From Bacilli bacterium (GTDB lineage: Bacteria; Bacillota_I; Bacilli_A; RF39; UBA660), in assembly GCA_017513865.1 (NCBI GenBank), contig JAFWMN010000032.1, positions 16,678 through 80,677 of the forward strand: 64,000 bases of DNA. Direction: 5' to 3'. Both the position numbers and the translations under genes were made by a program. This document shows positions 39,724-47,976 of the stretch, piece by piece (the stretch's first letter is position 1; every line of letters begins with the position of its first letter). A model generated the notes under the pieces. That model worked only from the letters and a program-made list of their open reading frames with translations, ran no database searches and was not told the DNA's origin.

Positions 39724-40026
39724 ATGATAGAAATAGTATTAAATTGGTTTATACCTTTTATTTTAACTGCTATATTTGGATATATAGCAAAAGAACTTAA
39801 AGAAAATAAAAAACATGATGAAGCCATGCGTAACAGCATGGTTTTATTATTACGTAGTCAAATAACAGGAAAATGCGAAAATTATTTAAGAATGGGTTTT
39901 CTACCAGATTATGCAAGGAGTTGCTTAGAAGATTTATATAAGCAATATGAATCTTTAGGAGGAAATCATGGAGTAAATAAATTGGTTGATCAAACTTTTA
40001 ACCTAAAACCATTAAAGGAGGATTGA
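39724..40026 (+). CDS. Small protein with an N-terminal TM helix (100 aa)
   Basis: ORF with a GAAAGGAAA RBS. Upstream of the holin/endolysin pair. Confidence 0.35.
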   Translation: MIEIVLNWFIPFILTAIFGYIAKELKENKKHDEAMRNSMVLLLRSQITGKCENYLRMGFLPDYARSCLEDLYKQYESLGGNHGVNKLVDQTFNLKPLKED

Positions 40027-40030
40027 TACT

Positions 40031-40282
40031 ATGGAAATTTATTATATGTCTATTGTTGCAATGATGACTTTTGTCTTTGGTGCAATAAACAAAGCATATT
40101 TTGAAAGTATGCCAAATAGATTTATACCAATTCAAAATGTTTTTATTGGATTAATATCAGGAATTATTTGTTATTTCGGTCATTTAGAAAGTGATTTGTT
40201 AGAATCTATTGTTTTATGCATAATGGCAGCTATGAGTTCAGGAGGAGTTGCCGATATGAAGGATATTGTTAAACGTGATTAA
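40031..40282 (+). CDS. Putative holin (83 aa, 2-3 TM helices)
   Basis: AAAGGAGG RBS, hydrophobic helices and a charged C-terminus. Overlaps the start of the GH25 lysin gene. Confidence 0.5.
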   Translation: MEIYYMSIVAMMTFVFGAINKAYFESMPNRFIPIQNVFIGLISGIICYFGHLESDLLESIVLCIMAAMSSGGVADMKDIVKRD

Positions 40283-41294
40283 AAAAGGTATAGATGTATC
40301 TAAATGGCAAGGGATTATAGACTGGAATAAAGTTAAAAATAGTGGTATTGAATTTGCTATTATAAGAATTGGCTTTGGTAAATTTATTAACCAAAAAGAC
40401 ACCTGTTTTGAAAGAAATTATAGAGAAGCTAGAAATAGTGGTATACCTATAGGTGTATATCATTATAGCTATGCTACTTCTGTAGAAGAGGCAAAAGAAG
40501 AAGCAAAATGTGTTGTAAGATGGTTAAATGGCAGAAAACTAGATTTACCTGTTTATTTCGATATAGAAGATAAATCTCAGAGTTCGTTAAATAAAAATAT
40601 ATTAAATTCTATGTGTGAAGCTTTTTGCAATATTATTGAAAAAGCTGGTTATTGGGCCGGAATATATTCAAACAAATATTGGGCCACATCAATTATTGAT
40701 GGTGCAAAATTAGGTAGTAGATATACGTATTGGATTGCACAATATAATAATGAATGCACTTATAAAGGAAATTATGATATATGGCAATATAGCTCCTCTG
40801 GTAGTGTAGATGGAATAATAGGAAATGTAGATATGAATTATATGAATAGAGATTTAATTTCAGAAATCAACAATCCTAACGACAAATCTAATATAGAAAA
40901 TAATAACAAAGAGAACAATATACTTGATTTAAGCAATTATAATGGAAAATCAATTGTAGATGGATTAAAAAGTATAGGGGTAGATAGTTCTTTTGAAAAC
41001 AGAAGTATTATATATAGAAATATGGGGTTTATTGATGAATATATTGGAAGTAGTATTCAAAATATAAATCTTCTAAATAGACTAAAACATAAATCTATAA
41101 ATACTTTCTATCCTAAATATAATGGAAATAGTGATTCTATAGTAGATGCCTTAAAGTCATTAAATGTTGATAGTTCTATAAATAATAGAAAAATAATAGC
41201 AAAAATTAATAACATCGATAATTATACGGGAAGTGCTATTCAAAATATACAATTACTAAGATTATTAAAAAATGGCCAATTAAAGAAAAAATAA
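40266..41294 (+). CDS. GH25 muramidase (endolysin-like, no signal peptide) with two about 45-aa C-terminal putative cell-wall-binding repeats
   Basis: Start KKGIDVSKWQGIIDWNKVKNSGIEFAIIRIGFG is the GH25 signature. Internal repeats LKSIGVDSS.../LKSLNVDSS.... Confidence 0.8.
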   Translation: MLNVIKKGIDVSKWQGIIDWNKVKNSGIEFAIIRIGFGKFINQKDTCFERNYREARNSGIPIGVYHYSYATSVEEAKEEAKCVVRWLNGRKLDLPVYFDIEDKSQSSLNKNILNSMCEAFCNIIEKAGYWAGIYSNKYWATSIIDGAKLGSRYTYWIAQYNNECTYKGNYDIWQYSSSGSVDGIIGNVDMNYMNRDLISEINNPNDKSNIENNNKENNILDLSNYNGKSIVDGLKSIGVDSSFENRSIIYRNMGFIDEYIGSSIQNINLLNRLKHKSINTFYPKYNGNSDSIVDALKSLNVDSSINNRKIIAKINNIDNYTGSAIQNIQLLRLLKNGQLKKK

Positions 41295-41858
41295 AAGTAT
41301 ATAATAATTTTAATACGCTTTTTTCGATATAAATATTAAATTAAATAATATAATAACAAAAATCATTTTTTATAAAGTAAATTATTTCTTATATTCTGTA
41401 AATAATTAGATATATTATTCGCTTTATTTTATAGACTATTATAAAATTATTGGTAACTATATGTTATATATATTTCTTTCAGACAAAAAAGTACACCATT
41501 CGGAACACTTATATAAAAAAAAGAGAATATTGAATATAATAAAGGCCATCAGCAATTACAAGGGTATGTTAAAGGACTATTGTAATGAAGAAAAAGGGGA
41601 TTTATCCTTTTTCATCGGCGAATCTAACATATACTTTGTATAATGTTCCGTTCATTGTAATTGCAATAGGTGGTTACTATGAACGAAAAATGTTATTTGT
41701 TATGCTGTTTGCTATGTGATAACTCAAGAAGTTTGTCTTCTAGGGCTGTGTCTTTTACTCATTTTAAGAGTAGGAGATGCAGCCCTCTTTTTTTGTGCTC
41801 TTTTTTAGTTAGAGGACCACCTATCCTTTCAATTAAAAAAATTGAAAGGAGTTACGAG

Positions 41859-42317
41859 GTGGATAAAAGACCAATAAGAAGAAAGTATAGAGATAATCCT
41901 TATTTACTAGAAAGCATTAAAGAAAAGAATATATATATTATTAAATTTAATGATATAAATGGAAAACATGAAGTAGTAGTAGACAAGGATATTTTTGATT
42001 TATTTGATAAAAATGAGAAATATGAAAACGCTAGATATTTTGAATATTCTAAACATTTATTTCATAATGAAATTAACTATTCGCAAATTAAATCTAATTA
42101 TTCTTTAGAAGATGAGGTTATAAATAATCTATCTCTTAAAGAATTAAAGTACACTATTGAAATGCTGCCTGATATTCAGAAAAGAAGAATTAAAAAATAT
42201 TATTTTGAAGAGAAAACTTTAGAAGAAATTGCTATGGAAGAAGGCTGTTCAAAAGTTGCAATTAAGTATTCTATTGATAGTGCATTGAGAAAAATATCAA
42301 AAATTTTCAAAATATGA
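41859..42317 (+). CDS. Sigma-70 region-4-like regulator, copy B (GTG start)
   Basis: Paralog of 28611..29078 (RRKYRDNPY...LPDIQKRRIKKYYFEEKTLEEIAMEEGCSKVAIKYSIDSALRKI). AAAGGAG RBS before GTG at 41859. The ORF-track start at 41670 gives an implausible Cys-rich extension. Confidence 0.55.
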   Translation: MDKRPIRRKYRDNPYLLESIKEKNIYIIKFNDINGKHEVVVDKDIFDLFDKNEKYENARYFEYSKHLFHNEINYSQIKSNYSLEDEVINNLSLKELKYTIEMLPDIQKRRIKKYYFEEKTLEEIAMEEGCSKVAIKYSIDSALRKISKIFKI

Positions 42318-42346
42318 CTTAACTTTTTCACGATTTCGCTACTAAA

Positions 42347-42382
42347 GGGTGAGAGTGTAAAAAACTTCTCACCCTATTTTTT
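42347..42382 (+). terminator. Rho-independent terminator (GGGTGAGAG N11 TCTCACCC followed by a T-run)
   Basis: Read directly from the sequence. Confidence 0.55.
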
Positions 42383-42388
42383 AGGTTT

Positions 42389-42600
42389 TGTTCTTTGAAA
42401 ATTTAGTGTCATTTATCAAATACGTTCTTATTACTTTGAGCACATTAACAAGTACGCTTGCGAATAATACTTGGTTATAAAAATAAAGTGGCTCTTTATT
42501 ATGTAATGACGAGTAATAAGTATAATGATACTTCTACCCAGCCACAGACTCAACCAATGGGGGTAGTCCTGAATAGAAACAGGAAAGTGAAATTCTTATG
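42389..42600 (+). repeat. 212-bp conserved leader repeat, copy B. Its ATG opens only a 3-codon ORF (ATG AAA CTG TAA).
   Basis: Paralog of 29168..29379. Confidence 0.85.
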
Positions 42601-42729
42601 AAACTGTAAAGCCGGCAGTTGTTTGATAAATCCCAACTGAGGGAATGAGAAATATATCAGATATGATTAAGTAAAAAATATCCAAGACTTTTTGTCTTGG
42701 TTTATACATATGAAAGGTTAGTGAAAAAA

Positions 42730-42921
42730 ATGAAAGAATATCAAATAGATTTAAAATTAATTTTATCTAGCAAATTTTTACAAAGTGGGAAAAATAAGAA
42801 GGAAATAAGAGATAAAGTTACTAATGTCATAATAGAAGCTTTAAAAAATGATAAGACTTTAAAAATATTATTTAATAATGAAATTCCTGTATATATAATG
42901 GATATAAGTGAAAATGAATAG
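42730..42921 (+). CDS. Candidate antitoxin (63 aa) overlapping the MazF-like gene
   Basis: Small ORF whose stop overlaps the start of the toxin gene. Shows no recognisable antitoxin fold. Confidence 0.3.
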   Translation: MKEYQIDLKLILSSKFLQSGKNKKEIRDKVTNVIIEALKNDKTLKILFNNEIPVYIMDISENE

Positions 42922-43276
42922 AAGAGAAATTAGAAGAGGAGATATTTATACAGCAATTTTAGAATTGGGAATTGGCTCTGAACAAACTGGGATTAGACCT
43001 GTACTTATCATTCAAAATAATGTAGGAAATATATATAGTAATACAACTATAATCGCACCTATTTCATCATCATATACAAAACATGATATTCCAACTCATG
43101 TTTTTTTAAATAATAAAGATTACTTATATAACAGTTCAATTATTTTATTAGAACAAATACGAGTAATATCTAAAAATAGATTAGGTCACTACATAGCACA
43201 TCTAAGCGATAAAAAAATGAAAGATGTTGACAATGCAATATTAAAGTCATTGGGAATAAAAAAAAACAAAATTTAA
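42908..43276 (+). CDS. PemK/MazF-family mRNA interferase toxin
   Basis: RRGDIYTAILELGIGSEQTGIRPVLIIQNNVGNIYSNTTIIAPISS is characteristic of the MazF/PemK family. Confidence 0.65.
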   Translation: MKMNRREIRRGDIYTAILELGIGSEQTGIRPVLIIQNNVGNIYSNTTIIAPISSSYTKHDIPTHVFLNNKDYLYNSSIILLEQIRVISKNRLGHYIAHLSDKKMKDVDNAILKSLGIKKNKI

Positions 43277-43359
43277 AAATATGAGGAGGCAGAGCATTAT
43301 AGAAAAATGTAATTTTTATAAAATAAATAACATAGAATTGGAAGTAGGGAGGAATATTT

Positions 43360-43578
43360 ATGTATAAAACAATAGAGTTTTACGATAATAATGGCTGTGA
43401 CTTAAAAGAGGTACTAAAAAGTTGTATATATAAATATTACATTGAAAATAAAAATTTACTAATAAACAAAAAAAGCAAACTTGAAACGGACGAGAAAAGT
43501 AGTATAATAAAAGCGACTAATAAAGTGAAAAAGTTGTCTAATGAAAGGAGTAAGAAATGTACCCTAAGTACAAATTAG
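43360..43578 (+). CDS. Small protein (72 aa) directly upstream of and overlapping the serine recombinase gene. Candidate recombination directionality factor.
   Basis: Strong RBS GGGAGG. Position only. Confidence 0.3.
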   Translation: MYKTIEFYDNNGCDLKEVLKSCIYKYYIENKNLLINKKSKLETDEKSSIIKATNKVKKLSNERSKKCTLSTN

Positions 43579-45143
43579 GAAAGACAACATTTAAAATAGC
43601 CATTTATATAAGGCTTTCAAGAGAAGATGGAGATGATTTAGAATCTGAAAGTGTCACAAATCAGAGAAGCTTATTACTTGGTTATTTGAAAGCACAAAAT
43701 TTAGAACATGTCGATATATATATTGACGATGGATACACAGGAACAAATTTCGAACGTCCAGAATTCAAAAGAATGCTTGAAGATATAAAAAATGGGAAAA
43801 TAAATATGGTTATTACAAAAGATCTTTCAAGATTAGGCCGTGACCATATAATGACAGGTTACTATGTTGAAACCTATTTTCCTGAAAACGATGTTAGATA
43901 TATTGCAGTAAATGATGACATAGACACATTCTACGAAACAAGTGGTTCTGATATGATGCCGTTTAGATTAAGTATGAATGACATGTATGCGAAAGATATA
44001 TCTAAAAAAGTTCGCTCAAATCTACTTCAAATGAAAAAAGATGGAAAATTTTGTGGTAGTTCTGCCTCATATGGATATATGAGAGATCCATTAGATAAAC
44101 ATAAATTAATACCAAATCCAGAAACTGCACCAGTAGTAAAAAGGATATTTGACTTATATGTTGCAGGATATGGTAGTTCCCAAATCGCTGAAATATTGAC
44201 TAGAGAAGAATTACCTACGCCAATTATGTATAAACATTCTGGTGCTAAATTGAATAGATTCAATCATCCTGAAATATGGAAACATACTACAGTTAGCAAT
44301 ATCATTAAAAATAGAGTATATATTGGAGATTTAATTCAGCACAAATTTCAAAAAATCAATTATAAAATTAAGAAAAGAAAAGCAGTACCAGAAAATGAAT
44401 GGTTTATAAAAGAAAATGCACATGAGCCACTTATTGATAAGAAAACTTTTCAAATAGCACAATCCATAAAAGATTCTTCTAATAATTATGATCCAAATCG
44501 TAGAAAAGTAAATTACGTCTTATCTGATTTAGTTTTTTGTAAAGATTGTGGTGCTAGAATGAGCATTAGTTATGATAAAAAAAGAGATAGAACCACAATG
44601 AATTGTAATAACTATCGCAAATTTAGCAAATATGATATATGCTTTTCACATTATATTAACTATAAAAAACTAGAAAAGACAGTATATGACAAACTAAGAA
44701 GTATGGCTAGTAAGTATGATAACAATAAAGAAGAATTTGAAAGAATTATTAAAAATGAATATACAGATCCTAAAGCTGAAAAAATAAAAAAGATAGATGA
44801 GTTAAACATTAAGATTACAGATTTGAAAAGAAAACAAGATTCATTATATGACGATAAGTTTAATAATATTATTACTGTGGAAACATATCAGAGATTATTT
44901 AATAATGCTGAAGAAGAAATTAATATTGCAAAGAGTAAACTAAAAATATTAAAAAAAGAAGTATCTAGTATTCAAAAAGAAAATTCTGACTATAACGAAT
45001 ATTTAGAAATAGTAGAAAATTTCTTAAAAATGAAAAATCCTACTAAAGAAATAATGAATAGATTAATAGAAAAAATCTATATAACAAAAGATAAGACATT
45101 AGAAATTCATTATCGAATAAAGAAAAATGAACTTACAGTATAA
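43557..45143 (+). CDS. Large serine recombinase (TndX/TnpX/SpoIVCA/SprA-like)
   Basis: Resolvase-type N-domain with catalytic Ser in IYIRLSREDG and the DGYTGTNFERPEF...ITKDLSRLGRD motif. 528 aa with a Cys-containing and coiled-coil C-terminal region. Its 3' end is 69 bp from the element junction. Confidence 0.9.
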   Translation: MYPKYKLGKTTFKIAIYIRLSREDGDDLESESVTNQRSLLLGYLKAQNLEHVDIYIDDGYTGTNFERPEFKRMLEDIKNGKINMVITKDLSRLGRDHIMTGYYVETYFPENDVRYIAVNDDIDTFYETSGSDMMPFRLSMNDMYAKDISKKVRSNLLQMKKDGKFCGSSASYGYMRDPLDKHKLIPNPETAPVVKRIFDLYVAGYGSSQIAEILTREELPTPIMYKHSGAKLNRFNHPEIWKHTTVSNIIKNRVYIGDLIQHKFQKINYKIKKRKAVPENEWFIKENAHEPLIDKKTFQIAQSIKDSSNNYDPNRRKVNYVLSDLVFCKDCGARMSISYDKKRDRTTMNCNNYRKFSKYDICFSHYINYKKLEKTVYDKLRSMASKYDNNKEEFERIIKNEYTDPKAEKIKKIDELNIKITDLKRKQDSLYDDKFNNIITVETYQRLFNNAEEEINIAKSKLKILKKEVSSIQKENSDYNEYLEIVENFLKMKNPTKEIMNRLIEKIYITKDKTLEIHYRIKKNELTV

Positions 45144-45212
45144 TAAAAAGTGAGTTGCCGATGAGCAATTTTTAAAAAGTCGAAAGGGTATCACGAAAAC
45201 AGGTCATACTGG

Positions 45213-46325
45213 TATGAAGAAGCTATACCGTTTGTCGAAGCTGCCGAAATAGGAACTGAAAAAGTTATCAAAGATCATTCCAGCATTGGTATTCTAATAA
45301 CAACCGACGGCTCGATAGGAGAATTTGAAAGAAAAGATTATATTGAAGCTGAAACTAAAGTAGCAGAGGAACTAAAAGAAATAGGCAAACCATATATAAT
45401 AATTTTAAATTCTACTCATCCGATGCTTCCGGAAACTGAAAATATTGCCCAAAATCTCAAAGACGAATATAAAGTACCAGTACTTCCAATGAATATTGAT
45501 AACATGAGTGAAAGAGATGCCTATAACATATTAAGAGAAGCTTTATATGAATTTCCAGTAAACTCTATAAATATTGATATGGCCGATTGGGTTGCTTGTT
45601 TAGAACCAAATAACAAATTAAAAAAAGCTTATATTGATATTATTAAAGAAAGTATAGAACCAATTGATAAAATAAGAGATGTCGATACTATTACAAACAA
45701 ACTAGAGGAATGCGAATATATTGAAAAAGCTTATCTTTCAGCCGTCGATACCGCAACCGGAGATATTAGAGTAACTTTAAAAACCCCAAACCATTTATAT
45801 GAAGAAGTATTAAAAGATATAATAGGCGTTGAAATAAATAATAAATCACAACTATTAAGTTTATTTCAAGAATATAATGAAGCTAAAAATGAATATGATC
45901 AAATAAAAGAAGCCTTAAAAATGGTTAAAACAACGGGCTATGGGGTAGCTTCACCAACTTTATCTGATATGACCTTAGACACCCCAGAAATTATCAAACA
46001 AGGAAGTAGGTATGGTATTAAATTAAAAGCTGTAGCTCCATCAATTCATATGTTTAGGGTAGATGTAGAATCAACCTTCGAACCAATTATCGGTTCAGAA
46101 CTACAAAGTAAAGAGCTTATTAATTATCTCATGAAAGACAAAGAAACTGATAGTGAAAATATTTGGAAAAGTGAAATCTTTGGTAGAAGTTTAGATGTTA
46201 TAGTTAAAGAGGGAATACAAGCAAAACTATCATTAATGCCAGAATCAGTTAGATATAAATTAAAACAAACATTATCAAAAGTAGTAAATAAAGGCTCAAA
46301 TAATTTATTTGCTATTGTCATATAG
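45213..46325 (+). CDS. spoIVA: SpoIVA, 3' segment (370 aa). In-frame continuation after the insertion.
   Basis: YEEAIPFVEAAEIGTEKVIKDHSSIGILITTDGSIGEF...KMVKTTGYGVASPTLSDMTLDTPEIIKQGSRYGIKLKAVAPSIHM...IQAKLSLMPESVRYKLKQTL is collinear with the B. subtilis SpoIVA middle and C-terminus. Confidence 0.9.
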   Translation, partial: YEEAIPFVEAAEIGTEKVIKDHSSIGILITTDGSIGEFERKDYIEAETKVAEELKEIGKPYIIILNSTHPMLPETENIAQNLKDEYKVPVLPMNIDNMSERDAYNILREALYEFPVNSINIDMADWVACLEPNNKLKKAYIDIIKESIEPIDKIRDVDTITNKLEECEYIEKAYLSAVDTATGDIRVTLKTPNHLYEEVLKDIIGVEINNKSQLLSLFQEYNEAKNEYDQIKEALKMVKTTGYGVASPTLSDMTLDTPEIIKQGSRYGIKLKAVAPSIHMFRVDVESTFEPIIGSELQSKELINYLMKDKETDSENIWKSEIFGRSLDVIVKEGIQAKLSLMPESVRYKLKQTLSKVVNKGSNNLFAIVI

Positions 46326-46507
46326 ATAGTTTAACAAACTATCTTTTTAATATAGAAATAAACATTCTGTTATAAAGGTAGTAAAATTATAAAAAAAATA
46401 AGCAAAAAGTGTAAAAAAACCTTAAAAAATATTGATTTTTACCTTCAAAAATGGTACTATTTAAGTGTAAGCAAGATAGCTTAACAAAACAAGGGAGGTA
46501 TTTAGAA

Positions 46508-46780
46508 ATGACTAAACAAAATTTAGTAAACTATGTCGCTGAAGAAACTGGTATGACAAAAGCTGATGCTACTAGAGCATTAGACGCAGTTTTAGGCGGA
46601 ATCGTTGCAGGATTAAAAAAGGAAGGAAAAGTAACTTTAACAGGTTTCTGCACTTTTACAAAACAACATAAAGAAGCAAGAAAAGGACGTAACCCAAGAA
46701 CTGGGGAAACTGTTACTATTCCTGCTAGAAATGCTGTTTCAATTAAAGCTGGATCTAAATTAAAAGATGCATTAAACTAA
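46508..46780 (+). CDS. hup: DNA-binding protein HU
   Basis: MTKQNLVNYVAEETGMTKADA...RKGRNPRTGETVTIPARNAVSIKAGSKLKDAL. GGGAGG RBS. hbs follows spoIVA in Bacillus. Confidence 0.9.
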   Translation: MTKQNLVNYVAEETGMTKADATRALDAVLGGIVAGLKKEGKVTLTGFCTFTKQHKEARKGRNPRTGETVTIPARNAVSIKAGSKLKDALN

Positions 46781-46819
46781 GGCTTTGCGCCTTTTTTTAA
46801 TGGGAAATTGGAGGAAATA

Positions 46820-47914
46820 ATGTACGAAACTACCCTAAAATTATTACAAAAAATTAGTAGCTTTGGCTATAAAGCATATATTATAGGTGGTTATCCAAGA
46901 GATTTATATTTAAAAAGAAGTAGTAGTGATGTTGATATATGCACGGATGCAACCCCTATGGAGCTGCACAATATATTTTCAGAAATAATATATAGTTCTG
47001 AATATGGTTCAGTAACAATAATCTTTGAAAATATTAAATTTGAAATCACAACGTTTAGAAAAGAATATAATTATAAAGATAATAGACACCCAGATAAAAT
47101 AGAATATATTGATAATTTAGAAGAAGACTTACTTAGAAGAGACTTCACCATGAATACTTTAGCTATCGATAAAGATGGCAACGAAATAGATCTATTAGGG
47201 GCCAAAAAAGATTTGGATAAAAAAATAATTAGAATGGTAGGAAACCCTAAAGTAAGATTAAAAGAAGATGCCTTAAGAATATTAAGAGCAGTAAGATTTG
47301 CTACTACCTTAAATTTTGAACTTGATCCTATTTTAAAAATATATATAAAAAAATACGGACATTTTTTAAGAAAAATATCTAATGATGTTAAGAAAAACGA
47401 ATTAGATATAATATTTTCAAATTCTAATAAAGAATATGGGATAAAATTATTAATCGATTTAAAATTAACTAATCACTTAGATATTTCAAACTTAAAAAAT
47501 ATTAAAATAACACCATCTATGATAGTTACATGGGCTCAGCTAAATGCTATCCACAAATATAATTTCAATTCTATTGAAAAAGAAAGTATTCTCAAAATAA
47601 ATGAAGTAAAAGATAAAGATATATTAGATAGAAATGTCTTATATAGATATGGATTATATACTTGTACTATGGCAGCCGAACTAAAAGACATTGACAAAAG
47701 AAAATTAAATGAAGAATTTGCTAAAATGCCAATAAGAAGCAAAAATGATATAGCTTTAGAACCAGTGGAAATATGTAAAATACTAAACAAAGAAGCAGGC
47801 CCCTTTTTAAAACAAATTATTGATGATTTAGAATCAAAAATATTAAATGATAAACTTCCTAATGAAAAGGAAGAAATAATAAAATATATTGAAGAAAAAT
47901 ATAAGAAGAGCTAA
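46820..47914 (+). CDS. cca: CCA-adding tRNA nucleotidyltransferase
   Basis: GGYPRDLYL...DVDI polymerase-beta-like head motif. ATG at 46820 follows a GGAGGAAATA RBS. Confidence 0.8.
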   Translation: MYETTLKLLQKISSFGYKAYIIGGYPRDLYLKRSSSDVDICTDATPMELHNIFSEIIYSSEYGSVTIIFENIKFEITTFRKEYNYKDNRHPDKIEYIDNLEEDLLRRDFTMNTLAIDKDGNEIDLLGAKKDLDKKIIRMVGNPKVRLKEDALRILRAVRFATTLNFELDPILKIYIKKYGHFLRKISNDVKKNELDIIFSNSNKEYGIKLLIDLKLTNHLDISNLKNIKITPSMIVTWAQLNAIHKYNFNSIEKESILKINEVKDKDILDRNVLYRYGLYTCTMAAELKDIDKRKLNEEFAKMPIRSKNDIALEPVEICKILNKEAGPFLKQIIDDLESKILNDKLPNEKEEIIKYIEEKYKKS

Positions 47915-47976
47915 AAACTCTTTTTATATTGGCAAAAAGAAATAATTAAGATATAATAAGTTAAAAAGGTGATAAC

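Larger units (their letters stand above)
1128..45212. mobile_element. Integrative conjugative element of about 44.1 kb with a large serine recombinase, inserted in spoIVA. Carries partition, replication, MobC/relaxase, T4SS and toxin cargo modules.
   Basis: Bounded by the two halves of spoIVA. The recombinase gene is at the right end. Inverted arms GGGTATCAC (45186..45194) and GTGATACCC (1142..1150) flank the inferred crossover TGG (1125..1127 and 45210..45212). Confidence 0.8.

Noticed and set aside
41461-41643. 60-aa ORF in the AT-rich spacer after the GH25 gene
   Set aside because: No RBS, very AT-rich and low-complexity. It probably falls in a promoter or regulatory spacer upstream of the sigma-like gene.
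41670-41858. Long Cys-rich N-terminal extension of the second sigma-like ORF
   Set aside because: The paralog starts at the RRKYRDNPY motif. An AAAGGAG RBS precedes the GTG at 41859, and the upstream region contains a hairpin and T-run, so the extension is almost certainly untranslated.
1128-45212. Considered that the insertion is a prophage, given the SSB, primase, tail-fibre-like, holin and lysin genes
   Set aside because: There are no terminase, portal, capsid or tail tube/tape-measure genes. A complete relaxase/T4CP/VirB4 conjugation module is present instead, so the element is best described as an ICE with phage-derived cargo.
46781-46805. Possible terminator after hup (GGCtttgCGCC followed by a T-run)
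   Set aside because: The stem is only 3-4 bp, too weak to call with confidence, although the T-run is present.
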